A DNA stretch of 64,000 nt from a virus, in IMG/VR virus record IMGVR_UViG_3300030041_000010. The stretch is one strand, 5' to 3'. This document shows, in pieces, positions 19,353-29,659 of the stretch (position 1 is the stretch's first letter; each line of letters starts with the position of its first letter). The position numbers and the translations under genes are program-made. Below the pieces are notes generated by a model. It was given only the letters and a program-made list of their open reading frames with translations. It was not told the DNA's origin and searched no databases.

Positions 19353-22300
19353 GTGACAAACATAGACAACCCTTCGTTTCAATTCCCCTCTGTTGTGTCA
19401 AGAACCCTTGATGCTGCGGGAAAGAGCCTTCTCTGTGTGGTGGGGTTACATGACCACCAAATCAGCGATGCTGATGTCAATCTTATACAAACACTTCAGG
19501 ACTACAAACGGCACCTCCTTCTCGCGGATAAATCAGCAACATCTGGGTGCTTGACTTACACCTCGATGAACTTTACTCCTTTCATCCCCAATACGTTTGT
19601 AATCCCAGCTTTTGATGTTTTGTTCAATGGGGAAGTGATTTCAATTTGTGGGTTCAACTCCGCCGACCTCACACAAAATCGCATTACGCTTGCGCCTTCT
19701 CAGCAGCCAGTGTATTGGGCAAATGGTTATGCTAATGAGGACGCCCGTATCTATGTTATTTTCCTTGAGATTTGGTATCAAGCCCTCGACCCAATACAGC
19801 CTACTGGATACTACCTTGACCCGGTAGGTAAGCTTCGATACTTCTACCCGTATGGTTGCACATCTCCAGACCCGTCAAATGCAGAGATTATGCCAGATGA
19901 CTCTGTTGATATTTTTGCGACGACAACCGCAGGAACTGGCCTCTTGACCACTGAACGTGCTCAAATCCAATGGCGTTTCAATATCCAACGTGTGGCTCTT
20001 ACTTATGATTTTACGAAGTATCAGTTTGGTCTCGATCCCGGTGCTATCCCCTCTGAGATTGTGTATGGGCAAGGAACCGCTTCTAACACAGCCCCATTTG
20101 TTGACACAATATACCAATTCACCAACATGGGAAGCATCAACGGTGATACGGGGGTTTGGCAAGCGGGGGATGGTAATGTTACCAACGCATTAGGTACCAT
20201 GGATGGGTACACCTACGCTATGCCTATAGCTGTGATGTTCCAGCGCAACTCAGGGCCATTTAGCCTTTCGGGTAACATCTTCGGTTGTGGCGATGCTTCA
20301 GTATCAGGAGTGACAGGGCTTCTTTCTTCTGGTATTTCAGGTCGTTTTGATTCCAAACTCGCCGATCAAATCTTCCCTGATGATGTGGTGGACACTCGTC
20401 AAACTGTGACTCTTGATGCATGGGATTTGGACAAGATTATGCGGGAGGGGTTCGTAGACCTAATCACAGGTAACTCTAGGATTGCGATTGGACGTGGGGA
20501 TGGTTACGGTCTTAAGGCTGAGGCTTTAGGGTCAGCGTTGGACTACTACATCTCGGTCAGCCCCACAGCAATACCGAACACTAATACCCTATCAAAAAAC
20601 TGGGATGGGTTTGCGAATGGGTTCAGTTCAGACTTACGCACCTTTTATGTGTCCAAACAAATTACAACCAGCATGAAATCTTACTGGTCTCCATCGAGTT
20701 CTCAGAGTGGCCCATGGATGCAGGGGGACATCTTCACCGTCTCACTTCCTTCATCCTCATCCCCAGCCATAATTCAGTCGCTTATAGTGCAAGGGTTTAA
20801 CGTGTCTAACAATGTGAAGACCACCATTAACCTCTTGTCAGGGCAACTACAAATTACAGGACTTGGCACCTCGGCTGTTTCTGTGACCTTTACCAAGAAT
20901 TTGCAAGGTACACCATTTGACCCCGGCGCTCAGAATATCTATTGCACGCTCGGAGTTCAGTACCCAGCTAACTCTGGTTCTGATTTGCGGGAAATCCCAA
21001 TTGCAGTGGATGGGGGGACACTCTCAGATTTGAGTAAGAATCTTCCCATATATGGGGTCTCCGAATATGAGATATTTTCTACCCCATTGACGACTAAGGC
21101 GTATGGTGTTCTGACGTATAACCCTGAGTATTCCAATCTTGTGTTTGGCACAAGAATTGGAATCGTTGTTCCAGCATCTTCTGGAACAGTAGTGAACAGC
21201 ACGACGACTTTTCTTCTTAGTCGTTTAGGCTTGAACTCTGGTGTAAATGGGCTATATCCCATCAGTATCGTTGATAAGACAACAGGAACCCCCTATACAG
21301 TCTCTTCTCTTTCAATGAAGGGGACAAACTGTGTAGCTATTCTCAATCAGGCAGTACCAAGCGATTCCAATCTCATCATGACTTTCCTTGCACAAGACAC
21401 AGCCCAGCTTGTGTACAACGCCCCGGTTAAGGGGGTTACTGAGATTGAAGAAACAGTGCTGTTTGGCAATTATGTGGGAGATTCAAACTTCCCCATGGAT
21501 AGTCGTGTGATCGTAGAGTCAAATCAATTTAACGGTACGTTGACAACGATTGTGCTGGCCGCGAACAACTGCATCATCAAAGGAATCTCCGGTGATGATT
21601 CCAATCGACTCATGTGGGTTCTCGATCAGTACGGTAATTTGAATTCAACGATATGTTCCACTGTGAATTTCAATGGGGCATACGCCACAGTCATCCTCAT
21701 TGGAGATTATTCTGCTTCTACCTTCCTTTTCTGCGGGTCGATTCTCCCCGCCTTCAACCCATCATCTAGCATGACGATAGTCGAGCGTTACATCCCTTAT
21801 CAAGGTGAAGGTGTGTTGAATCGTAATTATGAAGTGATCCATAACGACGACAATGCGTTGGTTACCACTAACGGAACGGGAGCCGCACCACTTATTGGTC
21901 TCGAAGATGTGTATCCATACAATCGAGAAATCCCTATCTCTACCACGCTTCCAGCTTTGGTGAACTGGCCGGATGCTACGCTAGTAAACACTCCGTTGGC
22001 CTCATTATTTGACTCTAACTATGTGGCAATGCGTCAGGATAATGTGGAGCACACCTTCGAAGTCCCTCTTCACACCAACGATTTCATCCTGCCTATGAAT
22101 AAGGATTTTCGTAAGGACATTCAATTCATTTCTGGTGGGGGCGGTCGTGGGTTTTTCCAAGCACTACCTCATGTGGGGTTTGCTATCACCCCTCCAGTAG
22201 CCCGTACTGTGTTAGGGCAGAATCTTCAAGCAACCACAGCCCCGATTGTTTTATACGTCAACAATGCTACAGGTAACGACAACAACGATGGTTTAAGTTT

Positions 22301-23138
22301 GGCGACCCCGAAGTTGACTATCACAGCAGCGTTGGATGTGCTGCCTCCGGTCCTCCGTGACCCGTGCTCTATCCAGCTTGTGGATACAAATTCACCTTTC
22401 TCGATTTCAGATATTCAGGGAAGCCTCCAAGAAATTGCTTTGGGGGATGGCGACATCCGTTCCGCAGTTTATTATGCGTTGGGTAACCTTGCTTTTACAA
22501 TTCAAGAAGTAGGGCGCTTGGTAATTACAGCAGTAGCTGGGGCGACCAATCCAGTTGTGATAGATGCCACAGGATTCACTGGCTTCGGTAATGGTCCTAC
22601 TTCGGCTTTCTTTGTGGATAACACCCGTGTTATTTTCAATGGGCTTACATTCAAAGGGTTCACCAACCCGGCCATTTATGCCATCGACTCAGATGTTGAT
22701 CTTGTAGATTGTGTGTTCGAAGACAACATTCAAGCCGGGGCATTCTCTCAAGGCTGCAACGTCATTCTTGATGGAGGCAGTATTACACTTCCAGATGGTG
22801 GAACGGGTATGGTAGCAAGCTCATCGGAGATTACAGTTTCTAATGTGAGTTTAGCAGTAGATGTTTCGACATCTCCCGGTTCTTTCTTTGTTGGGGAACG
22901 TAATTCAACCCTCAATCTTCAAACACACGCGGTTGGGGCAGAGACAAATGTTGTTAGCGCGACGGTGGTTGCTCAGGTTGAATTCAACTCCAGCATAGTT
23001 GTTACTTCAGATTTTCAAACTAGTGGGAGCGCTTTGCTTTCAGCAAATTCGGTTTTATCAAGAACAGTAACCATCAACCCCTTTAATGGAGGGGTAGTAG
23101 TCGATACCTCTTCTAATGTTGTAACTCAATTAGGGTAA
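19353..23138 (+). CDS. Large baseplate/tail structural protein with C-terminal beta-helix (pectin-lyase-like)
   Basis: 1261 aa; LYVNNATGNDNNDGLS..PKLTITAA motif precedes a beta-helix-like region. Confidence 0.65.
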   Translation: MTNIDNPSFQFPSVVSRTLDAAGKSLLCVVGLHDHQISDADVNLIQTLQDYKRHLLLADKSATSGCLTYTSMNFTPFIPNTFVIPAFDVLFNGEVISICGFNSADLTQNRITLAPSQQPVYWANGYANEDARIYVIFLEIWYQALDPIQPTGYYLDPVGKLRYFYPYGCTSPDPSNAEIMPDDSVDIFATTTAGTGLLTTERAQIQWRFNIQRVALTYDFTKYQFGLDPGAIPSEIVYGQGTASNTAPFVDTIYQFTNMGSINGDTGVWQAGDGNVTNALGTMDGYTYAMPIAVMFQRNSGPFSLSGNIFGCGDASVSGVTGLLSSGISGRFDSKLADQIFPDDVVDTRQTVTLDAWDLDKIMREGFVDLITGNSRIAIGRGDGYGLKAEALGSALDYYISVSPTAIPNTNTLSKNWDGFANGFSSDLRTFYVSKQITTSMKSYWSPSSSQSGPWMQGDIFTVSLPSSSSPAIIQSLIVQGFNVSNNVKTTINLLSGQLQITGLGTSAVSVTFTKNLQGTPFDPGAQNIYCTLGVQYPANSGSDLREIPIAVDGGTLSDLSKNLPIYGVSEYEIFSTPLTTKAYGVLTYNPEYSNLVFGTRIGIVVPASSGTVVNSTTTFLLSRLGLNSGVNGLYPISIVDKTTGTPYTVSSLSMKGTNCVAILNQAVPSDSNLIMTFLAQDTAQLVYNAPVKGVTEIEETVLFGNYVGDSNFPMDSRVIVESNQFNGTLTTIVLAANNCIIKGISGDDSNRLMWVLDQYGNLNSTICSTVNFNGAYATVILIGDYSASTFLFCGSILPAFNPSSSMTIVERYIPYQGEGVLNRNYEVIHNDDNALVTTNGTGAAPLIGLEDVYPYNREIPISTTLPALVNWPDATLVNTPLASLFDSNYVAMRQDNVEHTFEVPLHTNDFILPMNKDFRKDIQFISGGGGRGFFQALPHVGFAITPPVARTVLGQNLQATTAPIVLYVNNATGNDNNDGLSLATPKLTITAALDVLPPVLRDPCSIQLVDTNSPFSISDIQGSLQEIALGDGDIRSAVYYALGNLAFTIQEVGRLVITAVAGATNPVVIDATGFTGFGNGPTSAFFVDNTRVIFNGLTFKGFTNPAIYAIDSDVDLVDCVFEDNIQAGAFSQGCNVILDGGSITLPDGGTGMVASSSEITVSNVSLAVDVSTSPGSFFVGERNSTLNLQTHAVGAETNVVSATVVAQVEFNSSIVVTSDFQTSGSALLSANSVLSRTVTINPFNGGVVVDTSSNVVTQLG

Positions 23139-23168
23139 TAGACGACATAAAGCAAAGATAGGTAAAAA

Positions 23169-26100
23169 ATGAGCCTTACATTAACAGCAAATTTTGCGGC
23201 ACAAGCCAATTTGGTTCTTCCACTAGCCTCGAACAACAGTGGGCTGGCGGTTCGTGTCGTGTCCTTGGGCTCAGGAACCCTTGGCACGCTTACCGTGACG
23301 GGCCTTCAAGGCACGGCCACATGGACATTGAGTGAGGCTACCCCCTCTTGGTTTACTCTTGCGGTTAACACCGCAGGTACAGTCTGCACGTTATCTTTTA
23401 CGGGAGCCCAGTATCAATCTAATCCTTACGAGTTCTTTGTTTCCTGTACTGATGGGGTCAACCCAGCGGTCTCTTTCCCAATCTTCCTAGAGATTAAGAA
23501 CCCATTCTCGATTGCTCCGGTTGCCAGTTCTATAGTTAGTGGAACAACACTGACGATCCCATCGTACGATAGCACAGTGGGCGACATTGAAATTTTGGGT
23601 TATGGCCCATCTCAGTCAGTGCAATCTGAATGTAGTTTTATTCTTCCCACCCTCCCCACGGGGTTGAATTTTGTCACCTCGAACGAGGATCAACTGGTAC
23701 TTCGCGTTTCTGAACCCCACTTCGGTAATTCCCCCTTTGCGGCCACTGACCTGATTGGGGGGTTGCAACTTGATACATCCTCTCCGGTCACAGTTCCTCT
23801 AATTCTTTATGCGTATCAACCCGGTTCATTTTATGATGAACCTGATCGTGCATATCAGCTTAACCTCTCGGTTCAGTCTCAAACGCAAAAAGCAGGTACG
23901 CTGGATTTTGGCCTTGGAGCATACTTCAACACAACTTCAGGGCTCCTTGAGGTGGATGCTGATGTTGCTGTGCTTCTCGGCAATCTGCAAGCGTCAGGGA
24001 CACCAGTTGCTACCCCTTTGCAGTATCAGTGGACAACAGGCGACGGGACTATTGTACTTAGCGGAGGGGGTACTCTATCCAGCACATCAGCCACCTATAG
24101 CATCGCATCGACCACCTCTACCGGGGCAGTTCATCTTCAAATTCTGGATGCCCACGGAGCACCTGTCACGAGTGGGCTTAAGACTGTAAACTTCAATGAA
24201 CTTGGACCGAGTGGGATGAGTTCCAGTTGGCTCACCACGGCTGCTATAAAAGTGGGAGTCACACCTCCGTTTGGGTCAACGCCAAGTAAGGTGGTTGGAT
24301 ACGCGGGTCAGACTTTAACCATCACTTTGGCCTCTCCTGATGGCTTCAATTCTTCAGAGACTTTGTACTTTACAGTTAGTGCAGGAGGGCAGTCCTCGAT
24401 AGAAACGGCGCTTGCCAGCCCAACCATTACAAACACGGGCCTGTCCATTGATTCAGGTGTACCTACCACTACAGTATCTTTCCAGTTCCCCTCTGGCACC
24501 GCTATTGGCAACAAATGGGCGTTGCAGATTTCTGCCTCGAATGTGCCATCAGGATCACCCACTCGTCAAGGGTATACTCAGGTCTTGTTTGAATGCTTGG
24601 GTAACACCCCCTTGGTGGTCGGCGGGGTATCTTCTACGCTCAACACATCCACTGGCACTAACATTTCTCCAATTCAATTGTCGGCAACAAACGCTTTAAC
24701 TAGTGCCACAGTTGCAGCCACGTACGAGTTAATTGGTGGCTCGGAGTTTGGTACTGGTGTTCTCGGGGCACCTGATGGTTTGTACATCAACACTTCGAAT
24801 CAGATTGCGGGTAACGCCCTCACCCCCGGTGTTTACAAGTTTGTTGTAGCGGCGACAGCAGCAGGTTATCAGCGTAGTTATAGTAATGTCGTTACCATGA
24901 CAGTCACTCAAGTGGCTTCTCAACTCCAGATTACGAACCCCACATCATCGGTCGGTTCGGTTCAGGACAATACCACATTTACGATTTCTTGGGGGACAAC
25001 AGGGACTCCATCGGCCCTATATCTCGCAAAGGGGTTTCCCACATCCACCTCGATAGTCACGGTGACTAGCGACACTTCCGCTGTTGTTCAACAGGTGGGA
25101 TCATCTGTGTACAGTGTCTATGGAACGAGCTATTACGGTACCTCTTACTCGGTGCCTTTGGCTGTTATTTCCAGTTCCATCGCTCAGGCAACAAACCTTC
25201 TACCAGCCCCGACCATCGCTGTTATTGACGAGAACTATGAGCTTACGGCAAACTGGCAACCCTACACGGTAAATGGAGCGTACACCGCATATTCAGGGTG
25301 GAACATAACGCTACAAACTCCACCGTCTGTTGGTACTTTGATTACGGTATTCAACACCGGCCTTGAAAATGGTGGCACAGCATCCGCTCGTGTGTTTGAA
25401 GAGGGGTTAGGGGTTGGTGACTATGCCATGAATATGACGGCTCTGACCGCCAACTCTTCCATCGCGCTCAACTCAAACCCATGGGACTCAAGTCATGTAT
25501 TCCCTGCTTCTATACAAGCCGCAAACCTCACGCTTAGCAGTACAAATCTGCTGCTTGGACAGACTCTGACCATCACGCTAAACCCAAACTACGATGTCGC
25601 GGGTTCGTGGCAAGTTTTGTTCCCTGATAACACTTCGACCGGGTGGTTGCCACTTAGCACACGTTCTGTTGCGAAGTCATTCAATATCTCCGGCGCTTTG
25701 GACGTTGTGGTTCAAACTCAAAATGATTTTAGTACAGCAAACCCTCCGGTAAAGCTACGTCGGCAGTTTACACAGCAGATTTATGTGGTTGACCAACAGT
25801 ACAACCCCGGTGCCACTACGCAGAACAATTTAACCGGCACGCTTGGTATCGGCGGTAGCAATGGTTTTGAAATTGTAAATGCCTCAGGCGGCTTAGCTAC
25901 GCCCCAGCCGTATGAGGTGATCGTTCGTTCTATCGCTCGCGATACAGTCACTAATGAACTCAAACTGATGGTTGCCACGTCACGATTCTCTAATGCCAGT
26001 TCGTTGCTCAACACCATGGCGATTGATGTGTTCCCGATGATGGGTCGTCCACATGCCAAGGAATTGATCGACCCTATTTACGTTCTTGAGGTTAACTCAG

Positions 26101-29100
26101 CCACTTCATCCTCTCCTGTGGCTATCACTACAATCACCTTGCCATCAACCTCTTATGTTGGTAAGCCGATGCAAGAGTTTAAAATGCAAGCATCTGGTGG
26201 CACCTTAGGTTACAGTTGGTTTGCTACTGGTTTGCCTCCGGGGCTCAAGATGAATGTGGATGGTACGATTAGTGGAACCCCGACAGCACTCGGTGCGTTC
26301 CCTGTCACCTTCGCTTGCATGGATAGTAGCAGCCCTGCGTATATTGCAGAAACCACTCTGACATTTACAATTCCAACCGATTTGCTTATTGTTGCTAACC
26401 TTCCTCTCCCCACTGCGGTTGTGGGGACAAGGTATCCCGGCACTCTCACTCAAATTTCAAATACTGGTGGGTTGGCCCCTTACACTTGGGAGATTGTGGC
26501 GGGGGCTCTTCCGGTTGGCATGACCATCGACCCTAATTTGGGGGTGTTAGGGGGCGTCCCCTGCACTTATACCTCAGAGTTTCCTGAATCAGGATACACC
26601 GAGACTTATAATTTCGTTGTGCAGGTTACGGATGCCATTAGCGCGAAGGCATCGAGTAACTTCAGCATGAGTCTAGCTCCTGCCGCTCTTGCTTTCGGTC
26701 CGGTTGACCAGCCAGTCATCTCTGCGAGTGAGCAGTACAAGTTGGCTGTTCCGGTGTATGGAGGTCACTATCCATACACACTAAGCTCCCCCACAGACTC
26801 CGGGGTCACTCTTGTTAATGGTCAGGTCGAATTCATCGTTAGCCCCACAACCTCGGCTGTTGGTACACTGGCCTCGTTCAATGCCACAGTGCTTGATAGC
26901 AGCGGGACTATTCCCGCTCCTGTTGCCCACGGGCCTGTTCAGTACCGAGTGAAAACCCCGGTTAGTGCGGTGTATATTCCTCAAGCGTTTTTTGATAATT
27001 TTTGGGGTTCAGGAGACACCACATCTATAACTCATGATGTCATCGGCAGTCTGTCCGGATTCTCAATTCAACCAAGCACTACGACTTTAAGTGATGGCTT
27101 AACACTAACTATCACTGGCTCGGGCTCACCGGCTGCAACAGTCTCCGGTCCGCCTACGTCGTCTCTAAACATTCAGGTACCTGTTCAGCTTCCAATCCTT
27201 CAGGGTAGCAGTCAGGTGGCAACCGTCACTCGTGAATACACTCTGCTGTCGCATAGTGGAACAAGCAGCATTGGGACGGTACAATGCAACACCCGTCCGT
27301 ATATTGTTGGGGGTTTTGTGGGATTGAATCCACTCAAGCCTTGGTTCAACTCTCCAACAGTTAATCTCGCGGGTCTCACAGCCCGTGTTCAACTTGGCTC
27401 ATCACTGCCCACGGGTCTTTCGTTTGATTCCAACACCATGTTGATCTATGGTGTCCTCGGCGCGATAGCCACCGGCCAGAGCATCATTGAGTACATTGAC
27501 ATTAACAGTGTTATTCAAGGCACAGTGACCATTGTATGGGACACTCAAAACAATGCTTTTCAACTCACCGACAACATTGTGGATGGACAAACGCAGACAG
27601 CTATCACGGCGGGGGCAAGCACCATCTCTACCTCTACCCCTGTTACTGTATGCACTGTCTATCGTGGCCGTCTACCTATTGGACTCTCTTTATTGGTTGA
27701 TCCTTCAGGTAACTTTGTTTCAATTGTGGGAACGCCCACTGAGGCGGGGTACTTCGATATTTGGTTCCGCCTCACCACATCTAGTGGTAAGTCGGCCACC
27801 TTATATCATCGCCTCTTTGTCGATTACATTAACCCACTGGTCATTCTGACTTCATCATTGCCAACGGCAGTTACAGGTCAGCCGTACGATGGGGGATCGT
27901 TCCAGCTTCAAGGCTTTGGGGGTATTCCCTTCTCTCCCCCGGCTCAGCCGTACACATGGTCGATTACATCCACACCCGCAGGTATGTCATTCAGTACCAG
28001 CACAGGTACGCTGTCTGGAACCCCCACGGGCGGGGCTTCCACTACAACCCTTGGTTTCACTGTCACTGATTCAAGAGGTGTAACGGCATCACGCTCTATA
28101 CCCTTCACCATCGTCAACGCTGTTACCATTCAAACAACAGTGTTGCCTACAATTCAGATAGGTGTTCCTTATTCTTTTCAGGTTGTCGCAGTCGGCGGCA
28201 CAACGCCATATAACTGGACATGCGCTCAGCTTCCCCTTTCCGGTATTTCTATCAATGCGTCCACCGGGGTCATTTCGGGTACAACCTCAAGCATTATTAC
28301 TGTTACGTCCATCACCGTCGTAGTTCAGGACAGTAGTCTAGGCACCGCTTCAAAGCCTTTCGCACTTCAGACAGGGGCTCAGGGTGGTATGTCCATTGAT
28401 GCATCAGGTGTTGGTGTAATCGACCGTGGCGCTCCTTATCAAGGGAATTTGAGGGCAGTGGGCACCGCACCTGTCCCCTATCTTCCTGTGTCGTGGCGTG
28501 TTGATTTGAGCAGCCCAAACCCCCTCCCGACTGGCCTCACGTTACAGGCCAATTCGGCTGACCAAGGGGTGACAGCTATTATCTCAGGTTCGACCACCTC
28601 TGTATTAACCTCTTACCCTGTGATTATCTCTGCGACTGACGCTATTGGAAATCCAGCCTCGATAACGCTTTCTCTTAACACAGCGTCTACCCTTCACATA
28701 ACCACAACCTCTTTACCACAAGGTGTTGTGTCATTGAGCTATAACGGGGGAACACCGTACCAGTTGACTGCCGCAGGATATAACACACCATTTACTTGGA
28801 GCGTCATATCGAGCACGCCAACTTCATTCCCTTATACGTTATCCTCCTCAGGGGCAATCTCTGGCACCAGCGGTTCAGCGTTTAATGGCAGCGTCGTTTT
28901 CCAAGTGGCAGATAGTTTAAGCCCCACTGATATAGACCAAGTTACCCTTGGCCTCATTGTCTCGGCGTCTACTCTACAAATCACAACTAACTCTCCGTTA
29001 GCTCAGGGGACAGCAGGAGTCTCATACACTGCACCTTTGGCGGCAACAGGTGGGGTTCCATCCTACACGTGGGCGGTCTCCCCAGTATCAGCCAACTCGC

Positions 29101-29645
29101 TTCCATCAGGGTTGAGTCTGGCAACAAGCACCGGGATAATTTCTGGGGCTACAAGTCAAGTTGGCACAAAGGTTATCACTTTCCGCGTAACTGACAGTAT
29201 TGGGTCTTATGTAGATAAAGCTTTGTCGTTGACTTTCATCAGTGGTCTTACACTGTATACGGGAATTGATTACACAGATAGTCTATCAACTAACTATCTT
29301 GGGTTTATTGATACCGGCAACACCGCATCTGTCAACCCTCGTCCTAACTACTCGTTTTATGTGGTGGCAACAGGGGTAATCACAACGAGTATGTCAGCTT
29401 TGCAAGGGGGTATCTCGATCAGCAACTCCGGGTTTACAGCCACGGTGGTGTCGCTGACGGGTGGTGTTGCTTATATCAGCATCTCTGGCCCTTTCTCTTC
29501 GGGAGCTACTGGAGATAACTCATTTGGAATTACGGTAGTGGATTCTGGTGTAACAGTTACTGGAACCTTTAAGTGGATGGTATATAGCGATGGGACTCTG
29601 CGTGCCGCCGCGACCAACACATTCCCGACGCAACTTACTAGTTAA
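23169..29645 (+). CDS. Giant Ig-like repeat (putative Ig / He_PIG-type) virion protein
   Basis: 2158 aa; repeated ITTxxLPxxxVGxxYxxxLxAxGGxxPYTW..LPxGLx..GxISGTPT. Confidence 0.8.
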   Translation: MSLTLTANFAAQANLVLPLASNNSGLAVRVVSLGSGTLGTLTVTGLQGTATWTLSEATPSWFTLAVNTAGTVCTLSFTGAQYQSNPYEFFVSCTDGVNPAVSFPIFLEIKNPFSIAPVASSIVSGTTLTIPSYDSTVGDIEILGYGPSQSVQSECSFILPTLPTGLNFVTSNEDQLVLRVSEPHFGNSPFAATDLIGGLQLDTSSPVTVPLILYAYQPGSFYDEPDRAYQLNLSVQSQTQKAGTLDFGLGAYFNTTSGLLEVDADVAVLLGNLQASGTPVATPLQYQWTTGDGTIVLSGGGTLSSTSATYSIASTTSTGAVHLQILDAHGAPVTSGLKTVNFNELGPSGMSSSWLTTAAIKVGVTPPFGSTPSKVVGYAGQTLTITLASPDGFNSSETLYFTVSAGGQSSIETALASPTITNTGLSIDSGVPTTTVSFQFPSGTAIGNKWALQISASNVPSGSPTRQGYTQVLFECLGNTPLVVGGVSSTLNTSTGTNISPIQLSATNALTSATVAATYELIGGSEFGTGVLGAPDGLYINTSNQIAGNALTPGVYKFVVAATAAGYQRSYSNVVTMTVTQVASQLQITNPTSSVGSVQDNTTFTISWGTTGTPSALYLAKGFPTSTSIVTVTSDTSAVVQQVGSSVYSVYGTSYYGTSYSVPLAVISSSIAQATNLLPAPTIAVIDENYELTANWQPYTVNGAYTAYSGWNITLQTPPSVGTLITVFNTGLENGGTASARVFEEGLGVGDYAMNMTALTANSSIALNSNPWDSSHVFPASIQAANLTLSSTNLLLGQTLTITLNPNYDVAGSWQVLFPDNTSTGWLPLSTRSVAKSFNISGALDVVVQTQNDFSTANPPVKLRRQFTQQIYVVDQQYNPGATTQNNLTGTLGIGGSNGFEIVNASGGLATPQPYEVIVRSIARDTVTNELKLMVATSRFSNASSLLNTMAIDVFPMMGRPHAKELIDPIYVLEVNSATSSSPVAITTITLPSTSYVGKPMQEFKMQASGGTLGYSWFATGLPPGLKMNVDGTISGTPTALGAFPVTFACMDSSSPAYIAETTLTFTIPTDLLIVANLPLPTAVVGTRYPGTLTQISNTGGLAPYTWEIVAGALPVGMTIDPNLGVLGGVPCTYTSEFPESGYTETYNFVVQVTDAISAKASSNFSMSLAPAALAFGPVDQPVISASEQYKLAVPVYGGHYPYTLSSPTDSGVTLVNGQVEFIVSPTTSAVGTLASFNATVLDSSGTIPAPVAHGPVQYRVKTPVSAVYIPQAFFDNFWGSGDTTSITHDVIGSLSGFSIQPSTTTLSDGLTLTITGSGSPAATVSGPPTSSLNIQVPVQLPILQGSSQVATVTREYTLLSHSGTSSIGTVQCNTRPYIVGGFVGLNPLKPWFNSPTVNLAGLTARVQLGSSLPTGLSFDSNTMLIYGVLGAIATGQSIIEYIDINSVIQGTVTIVWDTQNNAFQLTDNIVDGQTQTAITAGASTISTSTPVTVCTVYRGRLPIGLSLLVDPSGNFVSIVGTPTEAGYFDIWFRLTTSSGKSATLYHRLFVDYINPLVILTSSLPTAVTGQPYDGGSFQLQGFGGIPFSPPAQPYTWSITSTPAGMSFSTSTGTLSGTPTGGASTTTLGFTVTDSRGVTASRSIPFTIVNAVTIQTTVLPTIQIGVPYSFQVVAVGGTTPYNWTCAQLPLSGISINASTGVISGTTSSIITVTSITVVVQDSSLGTASKPFALQTGAQGGMSIDASGVGVIDRGAPYQGNLRAVGTAPVPYLPVSWRVDLSSPNPLPTGLTLQANSADQGVTAIISGSTTSVLTSYPVIISATDAIGNPASITLSLNTASTLHITTTSLPQGVVSLSYNGGTPYQLTAAGYNTPFTWSVISSTPTSFPYTLSSSGAISGTSGSAFNGSVVFQVADSLSPTDIDQVTLGLIVSASTLQITTNSPLAQGTAGVSYTAPLAATGGVPSYTWAVSPVSANSLPSGLSLATSTGIISGATSQVGTKVITFRVTDSIGSYVDKALSLTFISGLTLYTGIDYTDSLSTNYLGFIDTGNTASVNPRPNYSFYVVATGVITTSMSALQGGISISNSGFTATVVSLTGGVAYISISGPFSSGATGDNSFGITVVDSGVTVTGTFKWMVYSDGTLRAAATNTFPTQLTS

Positions 29646-29659
29646 GAGGTATATTAAAA